Assembly (NCBI GenBank): GCA_033763455.1
Contig: JANRKO010000092.1
Span: 64,001-128,000 of the forward strand
DNA length: 64,000 nt
Direction: 5' to 3'
Origin: Polyangiaceae bacterium
GTDB lineage: Bacteria; Myxococcota_A; Polyangia; Polyangiales; Polyangiaceae
Below are positions 9,617 to 19,407 of this stretch, in pieces (position 1 is the stretch's first letter; each line of letters starts with the position of its first letter). The notes beneath the pieces are model-generated. The model worked only from the letters and a program-made list of their open reading frames with translations. It did no database searches and had not been told where the DNA came from. The position numbers were made by a program, and so were the translations under genes.

Positions 9617-11860
9617 TTAGCCTAGGCCTAACCAAAGGCCTCCTTGGTAGACCAAGAAGCTTGCCGCATAAGCAAGCGCAGTCATGTAAGCTAGCATGAA
9701 GGCGGGCCAACGCCAGCTGCGTGTTTCTCGGTGCACCACGGCCAGGGTGCTCATGCACTGGCAAGCGAGCGCAAAAAACACCAGCAAAGAAAGCCCCATT
9801 AGCGGCGTGTAGCTGGGCTTCCCGAGCGGCGTCTTCTCGTTGCGAATACGCTCCCGAAGCGAAAGCGCGTCGCCATCTGTGTCCCCGATGCCATAGACTA
9901 ACCCGAGTGTTGAAACGAACACCTCGCGCGCGGCGAATGCGCCGATTAGCCCCACGCCGATCTTCCAATCGAATCCTAGCGGTGTAAGCGCGGGCTCAAT
10001 GAACTTGCCAAGCCTGCCTCCGTAGCTCTGTTGGAGCTGACGTTGAGCATGTTCGGCTTCAATATCCGCTGGCACTAAGTGAGGCGTGCTGTCCGCTGCT
10101 TTTGCTGCCGCCATGCTCGTAGCAGGTGTAGGGGCCTCGTGGGGTCCTACCTTCGGAAACGAGAGGAGCCCCCAAAGCACCACGGTGCACACCAGGATCA
10201 CTCCGCCTGCTTCGCGCAGGAAGGAGAGCGAGCGTTGCCACACCATCCGGAGCACAATCGCGGCTTGCGGGAGCCGATATGGAGGCAACTCCAAAATGAG
10301 GGGAATTCGGCGTCCCCGCACTACCGTGCGCCCGAGCACCCAGGCGCAAAAGAGCGTCATTACCAGCGCGAACACGTACATGCTCACCATGAGCGAAGCT
10401 TGCACCGGCACCCAACCGAAAGCCTTGGGGAAAAGTGCCCCAACAATCAGGGTGTAAACCGGTAGCCGCGCCGAACACGTCATGAGCGGAACCACAAGCA
10501 TGGTGAGCAAGCGATCGCGCCGCCGCTCCATGGTGCGTGTTGCCAAAATAGCCGGTACCGCGCAGGCAAAGCCGGAAAGCATCGGGACGAACGCACGCCC
10601 GTGAAGGCCTAGTGATTTCATGACGCGGTCCATGAGGAACGCGACGCGAGCCATGTAGCCCGAGTCTTCCAGGATCCCGATGAACATGAACAACAGGGCG
10701 ATCTGCGGCAAAAATACGATCACGTTGCCCACCCCGCCGAGCACGCCCTCTGTCAGTAGATCACGGAGGGTGCCATCGGGCAGCCACTTGGCGGCGAACT
10801 CTTGAGCCAGCACTACAGCCTGTTCAATCAATCCAATCGCGGGATCGGACCAGCTGAACAGCGCCTGGAACACTAAGAGCATCACCAGCAGGAACACTGC
10901 AAAGCCAGCCACGGGATGGAGCAGAAATCTGTCCACACGTTCCGAAGCGAGCGCTCCTCGGGTGCTTGCTTCCGGATTTTGGTAGAGGCTCCGCGCGTGT
11001 TGATCGAGAAACCCGTAGCGAGCCACGATGATTTCCTGATCCAGATCGCGCGCCACGGCCTCCTTTCGAACGTCCAAGCAGCGTTCTCTGAGCTCCGAGC
11101 CAATGTCAGAAAGCTCATCGTCTTCGTCGACGCTTGAAAGGGCCCAGAGCGCCAGCGCTCGGTCACGTTCGACGTTGCTTTTCCAAACTGCCGGTAGTGC
11201 GTCGGCTACACGGTCCCGATCACGCTTCAGCGGGGCAGGGTAAGCAACCTCCACTCGGCCTTCTGGCGGCTTTGCGAGGGCCTCTAATATGGCAGCTTTT
11301 AGCGCATCGGCGCCCAGGCCCGTGCGCCCATTGGTTGGAATGCAGGGCACACGGAATAACGCCCCAATGGCAGCTGCATTCGGTGGATCGTGCGTCACCT
11401 CATCCACCATGTTGAGGGCGATCACCAGCGGGACCTTCAGCTCCACCAATTGCAGGGCCAGGTAGAGGTTCCGGATCAGCTGCCCGGCATCCACTACGAA
11501 CACCACAAGATCTGGCTTCGGGTGGCCGAAGAGGCCGATGACAGAACCTATGGCGATTTGCTCCTCGGGAGAACGCGCCGCAAGAGAATAGGTGCCGGGT
11601 ACGTCCACCACCTCGGGCGCACTCGATGGATCACCGAAATCCAAACGACCTGTTAGGCGCTCAACCGTAACACCCGGATAGTTGCCGACGCGCGCACTTT
11701 GCCCAGTAAGGCGATTAAACAGGCTAGTTTTCCCGACGTTCGGGTTCCCAACCACCACTACCACCGGGCGCCTTGCAGGCCCGGCTACAGGCTTCGGCTC
11801 ATGCGAAGGGCTCTTGGGGACTTGAGAAGCGGATTCCGCTGGTTGGTTCCACGTGGACAT
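9617..11860 (-). CDS. feoB: Ferrous iron transport protein B
   Basis: GNPNVGKT, VGNYPGVTVE, DVPGTYS, NMVD G-domain; EDSGYMAR, GFACAVP, CSARLP, AREVFVSTL. Confidence 0.97.
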   Translation of the reverse strand: MSTWNQPAESASQVPKSPSHEPKPVAGPARRPVVVVVGNPNVGKTSLFNRLTGQSARVGNYPGVTVERLTGRLDFGDPSSAPEVVDVPGTYSLAARSPEEQIAIGSVIGLFGHPKPDLVVFVVDAGQLIRNLYLALQLVELKVPLVIALNMVDEVTHDPPNAAAIGALFRVPCIPTNGRTGLGADALKAAILEALAKPPEGRVEVAYPAPLKRDRDRVADALPAVWKSNVERDRALALWALSSVDEDDELSDIGSELRERCLDVRKEAVARDLDQEIIVARYGFLDQHARSLYQNPEASTRGALASERVDRFLLHPVAGFAVFLLVMLLVFQALFSWSDPAIGLIEQAVVLAQEFAAKWLPDGTLRDLLTEGVLGGVGNVIVFLPQIALLFMFIGILEDSGYMARVAFLMDRVMKSLGLHGRAFVPMLSGFACAVPAILATRTMERRRDRLLTMLVVPLMTCSARLPVYTLIVGALFPKAFGWVPVQASLMVSMYVFALVMTLFCAWVLGRTVVRGRRIPLILELPPYRLPQAAIVLRMVWQRSLSFLREAGGVILVCTVVLWGLLSFPKVGPHEAPTPATSMAAAKAADSTPHLVPADIEAEHAQRQLQQSYGGRLGKFIEPALTPLGFDWKIGVGLIGAFAAREVFVSTLGLVYGIGDTDGDALSLRERIRNEKTPLGKPSYTPLMGLSLLVFFALACQCMSTLAVVHRETRSWRWPAFMLAYMTALAYAASFLVYQGGLWLGLG

Positions 11861-11878
11861 TAGGTGTGGTGGCGAGCG

Positions 11879-12184
11879 TCAAACGCTGAGCCCAACCTCA
11901 AGTCGCGTGCTGCCGGGAGATGTGTTAATCTGAGGCCGAGTTTCCACGCCGTTCACGTTCGACGAGGCGTTCACGTCGATAAAGGTGGCTTCGGCGCGCC
12001 GAATGGAGAGCGTGCAGCCGCGCACTCTGAGCTTGAGAGGATCACCCAATGGCGCCACTGCTAAGAGCTCCACCGCCGTACCAGGAACCAATCCGAGCTC
12101 CATCAAGCGCCTACGGAAGCCACGTTGGCCCCCGACAGTCTCGATGGTCACGGTCTGCCCAATTCGCACGTCGCCGAGGTTCAT
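11879..12184 (-). CDS. feoA: Ferrous iron transport protein A
   Basis: RRLMELGLVPG..APLGDP..LSIRRAEA; directly upstream of feoB. Confidence 0.95.
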   Translation of the reverse strand: MNLGDVRIGQTVTIETVGGQRGFRRRLMELGLVPGTAVELLAVAPLGDPLKLRVRGCTLSIRRAEATFIDVNASSNVNGVETRPQINTSPGSTRLEVGLSV

Positions 12185-12206
12185 AGCTCAGAGAAGCGTA
12201 GCTCAA

Positions 12207-12223
12207 TTGAAAACGACTTTCAA
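12207..12223. promoter_or_regulatory. Fur-box-like palindrome upstream of feoA
   Basis: TTGAAAACGACTTTCAA matches 15/17 positions of the deltaproteobacterial Fur consensus WTGAAAATNATTTTCAW (recalled); 22 bp upstream of the feoA ATG. Confidence 0.75.
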
Positions 12224-12304
12224 ATTCGATTCCTGAGCCGCGTGAAGCGGGCGCGAAGTTCTTGAAATTCCTTTAAATTCCAAATGGTTACGGTGGTAGC
12301 GAGG

Positions 12305-12817
12305 CTAGTTGCCGCCGGCCGCGCCACCGTTACCAGCCGCCCCTGCCACTCCGCCCGAGCCGCTGCTGCCACCCGTTGAAGCGCCGCCGGCTGTTGAGCC
12401 ACCCGTTGAAGCGCCACCCGTTGAAGCACCTCCCGTTGAAGCACCGCCGCTTGAGGAACCACCCGTTTCAGCTCCTCCGGTAGCCCCACCACCGGTGCCA
12501 CCTGTGTTGATAGCGCCCCCCATCCCCATACCCGCTGCCCCCGCCATTGCCCCACCTGCGCCGTTCATCCCCGCTAAACCACCTGCTCCGCCGCCCCCTG
12601 GGCCGCTCCCCGCCATCCCGCCCATGGCTGCCGGTGCGCCCCCGCTCATTGCGTTCATTCCGCCAGAATTAGCCATGCTTTTCCCCCCGGTGCCGCCAGC
12701 ACCCATCATCAGCTCGCCGATTTTATCCCGATCCACGTCCGTGATGAGCGTGCAACCAACGGCCAGAGCGAGTGCCGACATCCCCGCAACCCAATAAGCT
12801 TTTGTTCGGTTTTGCAT
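12305..12817 (-). CDS. Small Gly/Ala/Met-rich lipoprotein
   Basis: MQNRTKAYWVAGMSALALAVG-C lipobox, then low-complexity GGAST repeats; the longer ORF to 13054 overlaps the tRNA. Confidence 0.7.
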   Translation of the reverse strand: MQNRTKAYWVAGMSALALAVGCTLITDVDRDKIGELMMGAGGTGGKSMANSGGMNAMSGGAPAAMGGMAGSGPGGGGAGGLAGMNGAGGAMAGAAGMGMGGAINTGGTGGGATGGAETGGSSSGGASTGGASTGGASTGGSTAGGASTGGSSGSGGVAGAAGNGGAAGGN

Positions 12818-12970
12818 GGTTCGTATTCTTCCGGCCGCAAGCTGAGCACAGTTTTCGGGCCCATGGAACCCAGCTGGGGAGCGCTGGGCGGCCGCCCCGT
12901 CGCCGTCGCAGTCCCGTCGCTCGAATGCCCAGAGACAGTCGCCGCAACTTGCGGTAAGGGAGCCCCCAAC

Positions 12971-13056
12971 GGCCCCTTGGCGGAACGGCAGACGCGGGGG
13001 ATTTAAAATCCCTTGTTCGCAAGAACGTGCCAGTTCAAGTCTGGCAGGGGCCACCA
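12971..13056 (+). tRNA. tRNA-Leu (anticodon TAA), CCA encoded, no intron
   Basis: Acceptor GGCCCCT/AGGGGCC+A+CCA; D arm GCG..CGC; anticodon stem GGGGA/TCCCT with loop TTTAAAA; long variable arm; T arm GCCAG-TTCAAGT-CTGGC. Confidence 0.95.
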
Positions 13057-13152
13057 GGTTTTCCAGCTGCCCTAAAGGGCCAGCTGAAGGTTCGGCCGGC
13101 GCAAAAAGTCTGCTAGAGTCCCGCGTTGGCTTACTTGGGCCCGAGCTGAATT

Positions 13153-16100
13153 ATGGCTTCTTCAACGCAATCCTGGTGGTCGGTCCTTCGGTTACTGTTG
13201 CTTGCGGGCATCGCCGCTGCGGGAGTCGGGGTGGCGTGCTCCGACAAAGCGAAGGTGCAGTCGGCGGAGCTGGGGGGGCTTGAGGGTAAGGCCGTGGCGG
13301 GGACGTCGCCGTGTGTCGACGGTATGCGCCGAGCCTGCAGTGTGACGCTCGGGGAGCAAAACGGCGTGCTGAGCTGCCTTAAGGGGAGTCAGGAATGCCG
13401 AGCGGGTCAGTACGGGTCGTGTGTTGGGACGGAGCAGTACGAGGCCGTCGCGCCCGGCGGTTCGACGACGCAGCCTCTGCACACGCTTACTCTTACGACG
13501 GGAGCGTGCGGCATGGCCAATCCGTGTGATCCCACCTGCCAGTTCTTGAGGGAAACACCAGCCTCGCCGATCGAACCGACACAAACGATGGTTAACGTTG
13601 TCCCCAAAATGGGGTCTATCCTCGACTATCCCGCTGCGACCCCAGGTGTGCCCCAGCCATGCAGAGCCCCTACGGATTGCCAGCTCGGCATGACCTGTGA
13701 TGCGCGGTTTGAAGTGTGCGTTCCCAAGCTTGATGGCGCGGTTGACGCGGGGTGCGCCACCTATGATCTTGTGGTCGCGCCCACGTGTAGCGATGCTGGC
13801 GTATCGGTTATCTCCGTCTGCAACCGAGGCTCAGCCACCTCACCGGTTGGAATCAAGCTGGTGCATGTTGCCCCAGGGCAGATCGGTGCTTCCATGCCGA
13901 GCTTCGTGGGGGCAACGCCGTGCGCCACAGTGCCTGCGATTGCTGCAGGCAAGTGTGTTGAAGTCAACGGGTGTCCGGGGCTCGCTGCTGGCCGAGAAAT
14001 CGTGGTGAATCCGCAGGACGGAACGCAGAACGCAACTGAGTGCAATGTGGGGAATAACTGGTCCGTATACAACGCCGGCGCGTGCAACGTACCGCTTTGC
14101 ACGGCGGGTTACGCGACGGGTCAGCGCAACGGGACTTGCGTGCTTCCGCTCTCCCGGACCCAAACACCAACCGAGCTTCTTGGTCTTTGGCACTTCGATG
14201 AAAACGCCGGCGCGCTGACGAAGGATTCCAGCGGCAACGGGAACGGGGGCGTTCTATGGCGGGCACCGCCTGGCCCTTCTGGCTGGGCTGCGCCTGGCAA
14301 GCTCGGCGCAGCCGCGCTCAACGCGTATCCGTATGGGCTGGATCCGATAACGGACACGAATTACGAGGCGAATTACGCGGATATGGGGTTCGTGGACTTC
14401 GGGGCCCTGGACGCCGTGAGCGTAGCGCTTTGGATGCGCTACACAAATACCGCTGCCAACAGCACCGGTGGCATCGCCTCTCACATGGAGAAGGTCCTGG
14501 CCAGTCCTTACCCGTTCAAGGGTTGGCAAATCCTTCGCAATGATCAGGGGATGATACAGGTTGAGCTCGCCGGTCCAGCTCGTACGCTCACGACGGCCTA
14601 CGTAACTGCGCCCCCGGCCTCTACGACCCAGTGGTCTCACGTGGCCTTCACGTGGAGCTCAGCCACCGCCCAGTTGCGTGTCTATATTGACGGTGTACTG
14701 CTCGCTACGGTCGCCCACGCTGCTTCTGACTTGGGATCTGGAAGCGTTCCGCTCACCATTGGTCGGAGTGCTAACGCTGCGCACGAAGCGTTCTTGGGGC
14801 AGATCGATGAAGTGAGCGTCCATCGGGGCGTGCTCAGCGATGCCCAGGTCCTGCAAATGGCGCAAAAACCGCCATCGCCCGCGTTGGTAGCGGGGACGCC
14901 TACCTCTGCACGCGTGAAGTACACGCCAAGGGCTCAGCTGCTGCAGAAGTGCAACAGTCCCGGTACGGAGCCGTCCGGTCAATCCAGCTTAGAGGCAGCT
15001 TGGGGCAACAAGTGTTACCGGTCCTCAGAGGATGAGGGCAATTGGGCTAACTGTGAATCGACGTTTTGTGCTCGATCGAACGAACATTTGATCTCGCTCA
15101 ATCGGCCTGAAGAACAGGCGTTCCAGACCCAGTGGTTGGCCGCTCAAAACACGCCGAATCTCCGGACGTGGATCGGCTACGATGGCCGCTTACCTGCGGC
15201 ACCCTTAGATGGGACCTACCGTTGGACAGATAACAGCTGCAACGTGTGGACCAACTGGGCGTCCGGCCCGCCGCAGCAACCCGATGACGCGTCCAGCGCT
15301 GTTGTTCACCAGGAGGATTGTGGTGTGATCAGGCCGGAGTTCGATCCCGTCGGCTGGCGCGACCTATCTTGCAATACAGGGCTTACCCCCGCCCCTGTTT
15401 GCGTGTGCGAGCGGGCGCCGGACCTTCAAGGGCCCTGTGCGGCCGGGCAGCAGTCGGGTCCGAATGGATCTTGTTATCAGCTGGTACCGACGGCGGCGAC
15501 CTACACAGCTGCAAAGGCTGCTTGCGCAGTCAAAGGCAAAGGATGGTCGCTTGCCACCATCACCTCAGAACAAGAAAACAACTTCGTCGCTGGCATGTTG
15601 GATTGTACCCAAGCATGGATAGGCAAACCGCTTGGCTACACCGCGGCGTTTCTCGCGGGCGAGCCCAACCCGGCCGCGGTCGCGGGCGTGAGCGACTGCC
15701 CGCGCACCAACAATCTGGGCCGCTGGCTGGTTGATTCCTGCGCTGCTGCGCGTGCCTACGTGTGCGAGGGGCCGCCCGCTGCGGGCGCTCCCGAGGACCT
15801 AACCCTGGTTGCAGGCCCGGCCAACTGCACCGGGAATAACCAGTATTACCTCGACAATCCTACCGCACCCACCTTGATGTTTCTTTGCCCCGCCATGTGC
15901 GCTCGCATCCAGGGCACTCCGGGGGACGTGACCTACGAGTTCGGTTGTGCCATCCCGCCACCGGTGGTCCAGACATTCCCGAAGTCTTTCACCGAGACGT
16001 ACACTTCTGACTGCCCCGCTGGAACGCAAGTCCAGTGGTCCTTCTTGCGTTATCAAACGTCAACGCCAGGCAACTCGAATGTGGTCTTCGAGGCGCGAGC

Positions 16101-16356
16101 GGCGGCAGATGCAGCTAGCCTTGGGAGCGAAACTTTCGTTCCACTGGTTACGGCGGCACTCATGCCGACTGACACCCAGGTTTGTGGCTTTGGCGCGCAG
16201 GCGGCCTGCACGGTGGATCTTTTTGACAAGCTTAAGGTGGACTTCAATCGCGACGCGGTGCTTGAGCTCAAGGGTACCGTTAATCCGGGAAGCAGTAACG
16301 AGCTCTCGTCGCTTCAGAAGTGGGAAGTGACGTATTCTTGCCCGGCCGCCCAATAG
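13153..16356 (+). CDS. Large Cys-rich surface lipoprotein with a LamG-like domain and two C-type lectin-like domains
   Basis: Lipobox GVA-C; LWHFDE..DSSGNG..WSHVAFTW..YIDG..GQIDEV (LamG); KCY..NW..C..HLISL..EEQ..WIG..WTNW..QPD..C..WRD..C..CE and CY..A..AC..LATI.SEQEN..WIG..EPN (CTLD-like). Confidence 0.85.
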   Translation: MASSTQSWWSVLRLLLLAGIAAAGVGVACSDKAKVQSAELGGLEGKAVAGTSPCVDGMRRACSVTLGEQNGVLSCLKGSQECRAGQYGSCVGTEQYEAVAPGGSTTQPLHTLTLTTGACGMANPCDPTCQFLRETPASPIEPTQTMVNVVPKMGSILDYPAATPGVPQPCRAPTDCQLGMTCDARFEVCVPKLDGAVDAGCATYDLVVAPTCSDAGVSVISVCNRGSATSPVGIKLVHVAPGQIGASMPSFVGATPCATVPAIAAGKCVEVNGCPGLAAGREIVVNPQDGTQNATECNVGNNWSVYNAGACNVPLCTAGYATGQRNGTCVLPLSRTQTPTELLGLWHFDENAGALTKDSSGNGNGGVLWRAPPGPSGWAAPGKLGAAALNAYPYGLDPITDTNYEANYADMGFVDFGALDAVSVALWMRYTNTAANSTGGIASHMEKVLASPYPFKGWQILRNDQGMIQVELAGPARTLTTAYVTAPPASTTQWSHVAFTWSSATAQLRVYIDGVLLATVAHAASDLGSGSVPLTIGRSANAAHEAFLGQIDEVSVHRGVLSDAQVLQMAQKPPSPALVAGTPTSARVKYTPRAQLLQKCNSPGTEPSGQSSLEAAWGNKCYRSSEDEGNWANCESTFCARSNEHLISLNRPEEQAFQTQWLAAQNTPNLRTWIGYDGRLPAAPLDGTYRWTDNSCNVWTNWASGPPQQPDDASSAVVHQEDCGVIRPEFDPVGWRDLSCNTGLTPAPVCVCERAPDLQGPCAAGQQSGPNGSCYQLVPTAATYTAAKAACAVKGKGWSLATITSEQENNFVAGMLDCTQAWIGKPLGYTAAFLAGEPNPAAVAGVSDCPRTNNLGRWLVDSCAAARAYVCEGPPAAGAPEDLTLVAGPANCTGNNQYYLDNPTAPTLMFLCPAMCARIQGTPGDVTYEFGCAIPPPVVQTFPKSFTETYTSDCPAGTQVQWSFLRYQTSTPGNSNVVFEARAAADAASLGSETFVPLVTAALMPTDTQVCGFGAQAACTVDLFDKLKVDFNRDAVLELKGTVNPGSSNELSSLQKWEVTYSCPAAQ

Positions 16357-16368
16357 CAGGAGCCACCG

Positions 16369-17214
16369 TTACTTTACCTGGCAGGCCGTAAACGCATCCC
16401 ACTCTGCGGTGCACGTCGTGGGTGCAGGCTGACCGTTCTGTGCGCACGCTAACGTGAGGGGGGTGCCCGCACACTGCATGAAGGCGGAAAACTCGTTCGC
16501 ACACTTCGCGACGAGCATGTTCTCACAGCTGCACAGACAATCGGGTAAGGCTTCCGGGCTGGAAGGGCAGCGCGCAACCAGAGAGGCTTCGCAGAAGGTA
16601 CGGCACGCGGGCAGATTCGCGGCGCAGCCGAGCCCAATCGCGGCACCACGACACACGTCAAGATCGAAGGTTTGCGGTTGGCATCCCGTGAACACCCGGA
16701 ACGGTTGACACTCAACTTGAGGTTGGTTGCCCGCGCAGGTGAGCAGCGCTGTGAGTACAGGCGAACACGTCTTAGCGATGTTTTCTTCGCAGTCACACAC
16801 GCAGCGATCGTAGGAGTAGCCACAAGTGAGGCTCGCCGCCGAAGCCGTGCAGTAGGCAGCACAATTCGGTGATGCGGTGCACTTGCTAGGCGGCTCTACG
16901 CCTGTGGCTCCCCCCGCGGTTTCCCCTCCCGCACCTCCACTCTGAGCGACCGGCGGAGCACCACCACCACTGATTCCGCCAGTGCTAGCGGCGCCTCCGG
17001 CCGAGTTACCCGCACCTCCCGGCGTGTTGCCCGCTCCGGCCTGCGAGCGCCCACCACTGCCGCTCGGGTTCGGTCCACGAGAGGACCCACCAGCGCCCGA
17101 TGGGAGCCCGTCTCCTGTGTATGCGCGTGGCGTGGAGCTGTTGCCGTTCGAACAGCCAAAGAAAGCCCAAAGGCTTAGGCCGCAGATGGTTTGCTGTACG
17201 CGAGCGTTGATCAT
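16369..17214 (-). CDS. Cys-rich lipoprotein with two tandem Cys-repeat modules
   Basis: MINARVQQTICGLSLWAFFG-C, Gly linker, two copies of CxxxC..C..CxCxCE..C..CAG..C. Confidence 0.7.
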   Translation of the reverse strand: MINARVQQTICGLSLWAFFGCSNGNSSTPRAYTGDGLPSGAGGSSRGPNPSGSGGRSQAGAGNTPGGAGNSAGGAASTGGISGGGAPPVAQSGGAGGETAGGATGVEPPSKCTASPNCAAYCTASAASLTCGYSYDRCVCDCEENIAKTCSPVLTALLTCAGNQPQVECQPFRVFTGCQPQTFDLDVCRGAAIGLGCAANLPACRTFCEASLVARCPSSPEALPDCLCSCENMLVAKCANEFSAFMQCAGTPLTLACAQNGQPAPTTCTAEWDAFTACQVK

Positions 17215-17319
17215 GAACGTAAGCCTGGCGAACGCGGAAGGGAGACGAGTGCCCAAATGGACGCCTTCAAATAGCACGTTTTGCTCGGCTGCGCGCTCGT
17301 AGACCGCCATCGTTGCAAG

Positions 17320-17386
17320 GCTGCCCCCCTCCCGCGGCCGTCCCCGCCGCGGCTCCCCCCAAGCCCGCTCGCGGCCGGGGGGAGTT
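17320..17386 (+). repeat. REP-like palindromic element, copy 1
   Basis: GCTGCCCCCCTCCCG-hairpin-CTCCCCCC..GGGGGGAG; related to 44392-44471 and 48961-49036. Confidence 0.55.
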
Positions 17387-17448
17387 TCAGCCTCACAGAA
17401 CCCGCAATGCTGCACCCGGAGTCGCACGCGATGCAGCACCAGCGGCTG

Positions 17449-18420
17449 CTACCCCACGCGAAGCACAAGTTTCCCCAAATTCTCGTTCCGCTCCAGCCGC
17501 TCATGAGCCTGAGCCGCTTCAGCCAACGGAAAAACACTGTCCACCAAGGGCCGCAGCTGACCGCCCGCAAATAGCGGTAAACGTTCACGTACAAAGCGCT
17601 CGGTGAGCGCGATCTTCTCACCCACCGTGCGCGTTCGCATCACCAACCCCAAAATTTCCAAGCGTTTGCTCAGCACCCATTTGAGCTCCAACTCGGCCTG
17701 GCTTCCGCTCAAGAACCCCAAGACCACCCAGCGCCCGCGCGACCTGAGCCCCTTCGCGTGCAGCGCGGCACAGCTCTTTCCTACGAAATCCAAAGCAACA
17801 TCAAAGCCGCCTAGCGCCAGAACTTCCTGTTGCCAGTTTTCGCCGGTGCGCACCACCACGTCATCCGCCCCCAAGCTTCTAACAAAAGCAGCTTTCGCTT
17901 CACTGCCCACCACAGCTAACGTGCGCGCGCCCGAGGCTTTGGCCAACTGCACGGCGGCTGAGCCCACGCCACCCGCTGCGGCGTGAATCAACACCGTTTC
18001 ACCAGCTTCCAGGCGCCCGAGCGTGAACAGCGCTTCGTTGGCTGTAAGGAATGCCTCTGGAATGCCGGCAGCTTCTTCGAATGAAAGGTGCGCCGGTATC
18101 GGCAACAAAGTGCGCGGGTGCGTCGCGGCAAGCTCTGCGTAGCCGCCGCCAGGAAGCAGGCCCATCACTTGGTCCCCGATGGCAACGCCCTCTGCGCGTG
18201 CGCCCAATCTCTCAACCACCCCAGAGAATTCAAGACCCAAGATGTTCGTTACTCCCGGGGGAGGGGGATAGAGCCCTCGCCTCTGCAACAAATCTGCTCG
18301 ATTGAGCGCCGTGGCTCTCACGCGCACAAGTACTTCATCTTCCCCGAGTTCGGGGTCCGGCGCCTCCGCAAGCTTCAGAACTTCAGGGCCACCCACGCCC
18401 GCTGGCACGATGGCTTTCAC
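17449..18420 (-). CDS. NAD(P)H-quinone oxidoreductase, PIG3/zeta-crystallin family
   Basis: ALNRADLLQRRGLYPPPPG, GLEFSG, GGGYAE, HAAAGGVG, GKLVL. Confidence 0.93.
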   Translation of the reverse strand: MKAIVPAGVGGPEVLKLAEAPDPELGEDEVLVRVRATALNRADLLQRRGLYPPPPGVTNILGLEFSGVVERLGARAEGVAIGDQVMGLLPGGGYAELAATHPRTLLPIPAHLSFEEAAGIPEAFLTANEALFTLGRLEAGETVLIHAAAGGVGSAAVQLAKASGARTLAVVGSEAKAAFVRSLGADDVVVRTGENWQQEVLALGGFDVALDFVGKSCAALHAKGLRSRGRWVVLGFLSGSQAELELKWVLSKRLEILGLVMRTRTVGEKIALTERFVRERLPLFAGGQLRPLVDSVFPLAEAAQAHERLERNENLGKLVLRVG

Positions 18421-18423
18421 GAG

Positions 18424-19302
18424 TCAGAGCGTCGTCAAGTAAGCTGCGCCGATCACGCCGGCGCGTTCACCCAGTTGACTTACCAGCAGCGGAACTTGAG
18501 CGAGTGGTGGGGCAAAAATATTTTGCGAGAGGTGCTTTCGCACAATCGGCTCCAGCAAATCGAAGGATTGCGAAATGCCCCCGCTGAAGACGACGGCATT
18601 CAAATCCAGCACGTTTTGAATGTTCGCCAGGCCGCGCCCCAAGGCTGCACCCATCATCTCAAAACATTCGACGCCTGCGCGCTCACCGCGCCGCGCGCTA
18701 TCGGCGATGGGCAACACTTCATCAGCCACTCCACCCAGCTCGCGAAACCTGCGAAGAAGGCCCTTCGTGCCGGCGTACGCTTCCATGCAACCTTTGAGGC
18801 CGCAGCCGCACACCCAAGCGTCTGGAGTGCGCATCACGTTCACGTGCCCGATTTCACCTGCGAAGCCGTGAGTACCAGAATAAAGCTGACCACCGAGCAC
18901 TAGGCCTCCGCCGATACCGGTTCCTAGCGTTACCATGAGGAAGCTCGGATGCTTCTGCCCATGACCGTAAAGGCGTTCACCCAGGGCGGCCGTCGTTGCG
19001 TCGTTTTCGACGGCCACAGGGCAACGCACGCGCTTGCCAAGCTCTTGCGCCAAGTTTACCTGTTCAAAGCCAGGCACATTCGGGAGCCGCCAGCAGCGAC
19101 CGTTGGAATCCACTTCCCCCGGGATTGCCAAGCCCACGGCTTTGGGCGTGGGGGTGAGCTCGAATACTGCCTGGGCAATGACATCTAGAATCTCGTCAGC
19201 CGAAAGCCCCGCCCGCGTCGTCACCGCCGTAGATTTCAGTACTTGGCCGTTTTCAACCTGGCCTGCCTTGATGCGTGAACCGCCGAAATCAACGCCAATC
19301 AT
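18424..19302 (-). CDS. ROK family sugar kinase (glucokinase-like); start approximate
   Basis: IGVDFGGS, VENDA, TLGTGIGGG, AGEIGH, CGCGLKGCME. Confidence 0.92.
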   Translation of the reverse strand: MIGVDFGGSRIKAGQVENGQVLKSTAVTTRAGLSADEILDVIAQAVFELTPTPKAVGLAIPGEVDSNGRCWRLPNVPGFEQVNLAQELGKRVRCPVAVENDATTAALGERLYGHGQKHPSFLMVTLGTGIGGGLVLGGQLYSGTHGFAGEIGHVNVMRTPDAWVCGCGLKGCMEAYAGTKGLLRRFRELGGVADEVLPIADSARRGERAGVECFEMMGAALGRGLANIQNVLDLNAVVFSGGISQSFDLLEPIVRKHLSQNIFAPPLAQVPLLVSQLGERAGVIGAAYLTTL

Positions 19303-19407
19303 CGTTGACGGCGAGAGTGGGGCCTTGGGCCACGGCCTGTCAAGGAAGTCGCCCGGTTTGGGGGTTCGGGCTTTCCCACAGGCCCCTGCGCGTTCAAACT
19401 CCTCCCC

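Noticed and set aside
12309..12797. Pro-rich plus-strand ORF (likewise 27655-27996)
   Set aside because: Antisense mirror of Gly-rich lipoprotein genes that have proper signal peptides
12971..13056. tRNA as integration site, intron host or bldA-like regulator
   Set aside because: No integrase or duplicated 3' end was seen, the anticodon loop is uninterrupted, and TTA codons also occur in ordinary genes here
13061..13088. Hairpin after tRNA-Leu as an intrinsic terminator
   Set aside because: A stem is present but there is no U-tract on either strand, so it was not called
18088..18903. 271-aa plus-strand ORF (likewise 32376-33113 and 19275-19916)
   Set aside because: Overlaps well-supported genes and has no recognisable motifs
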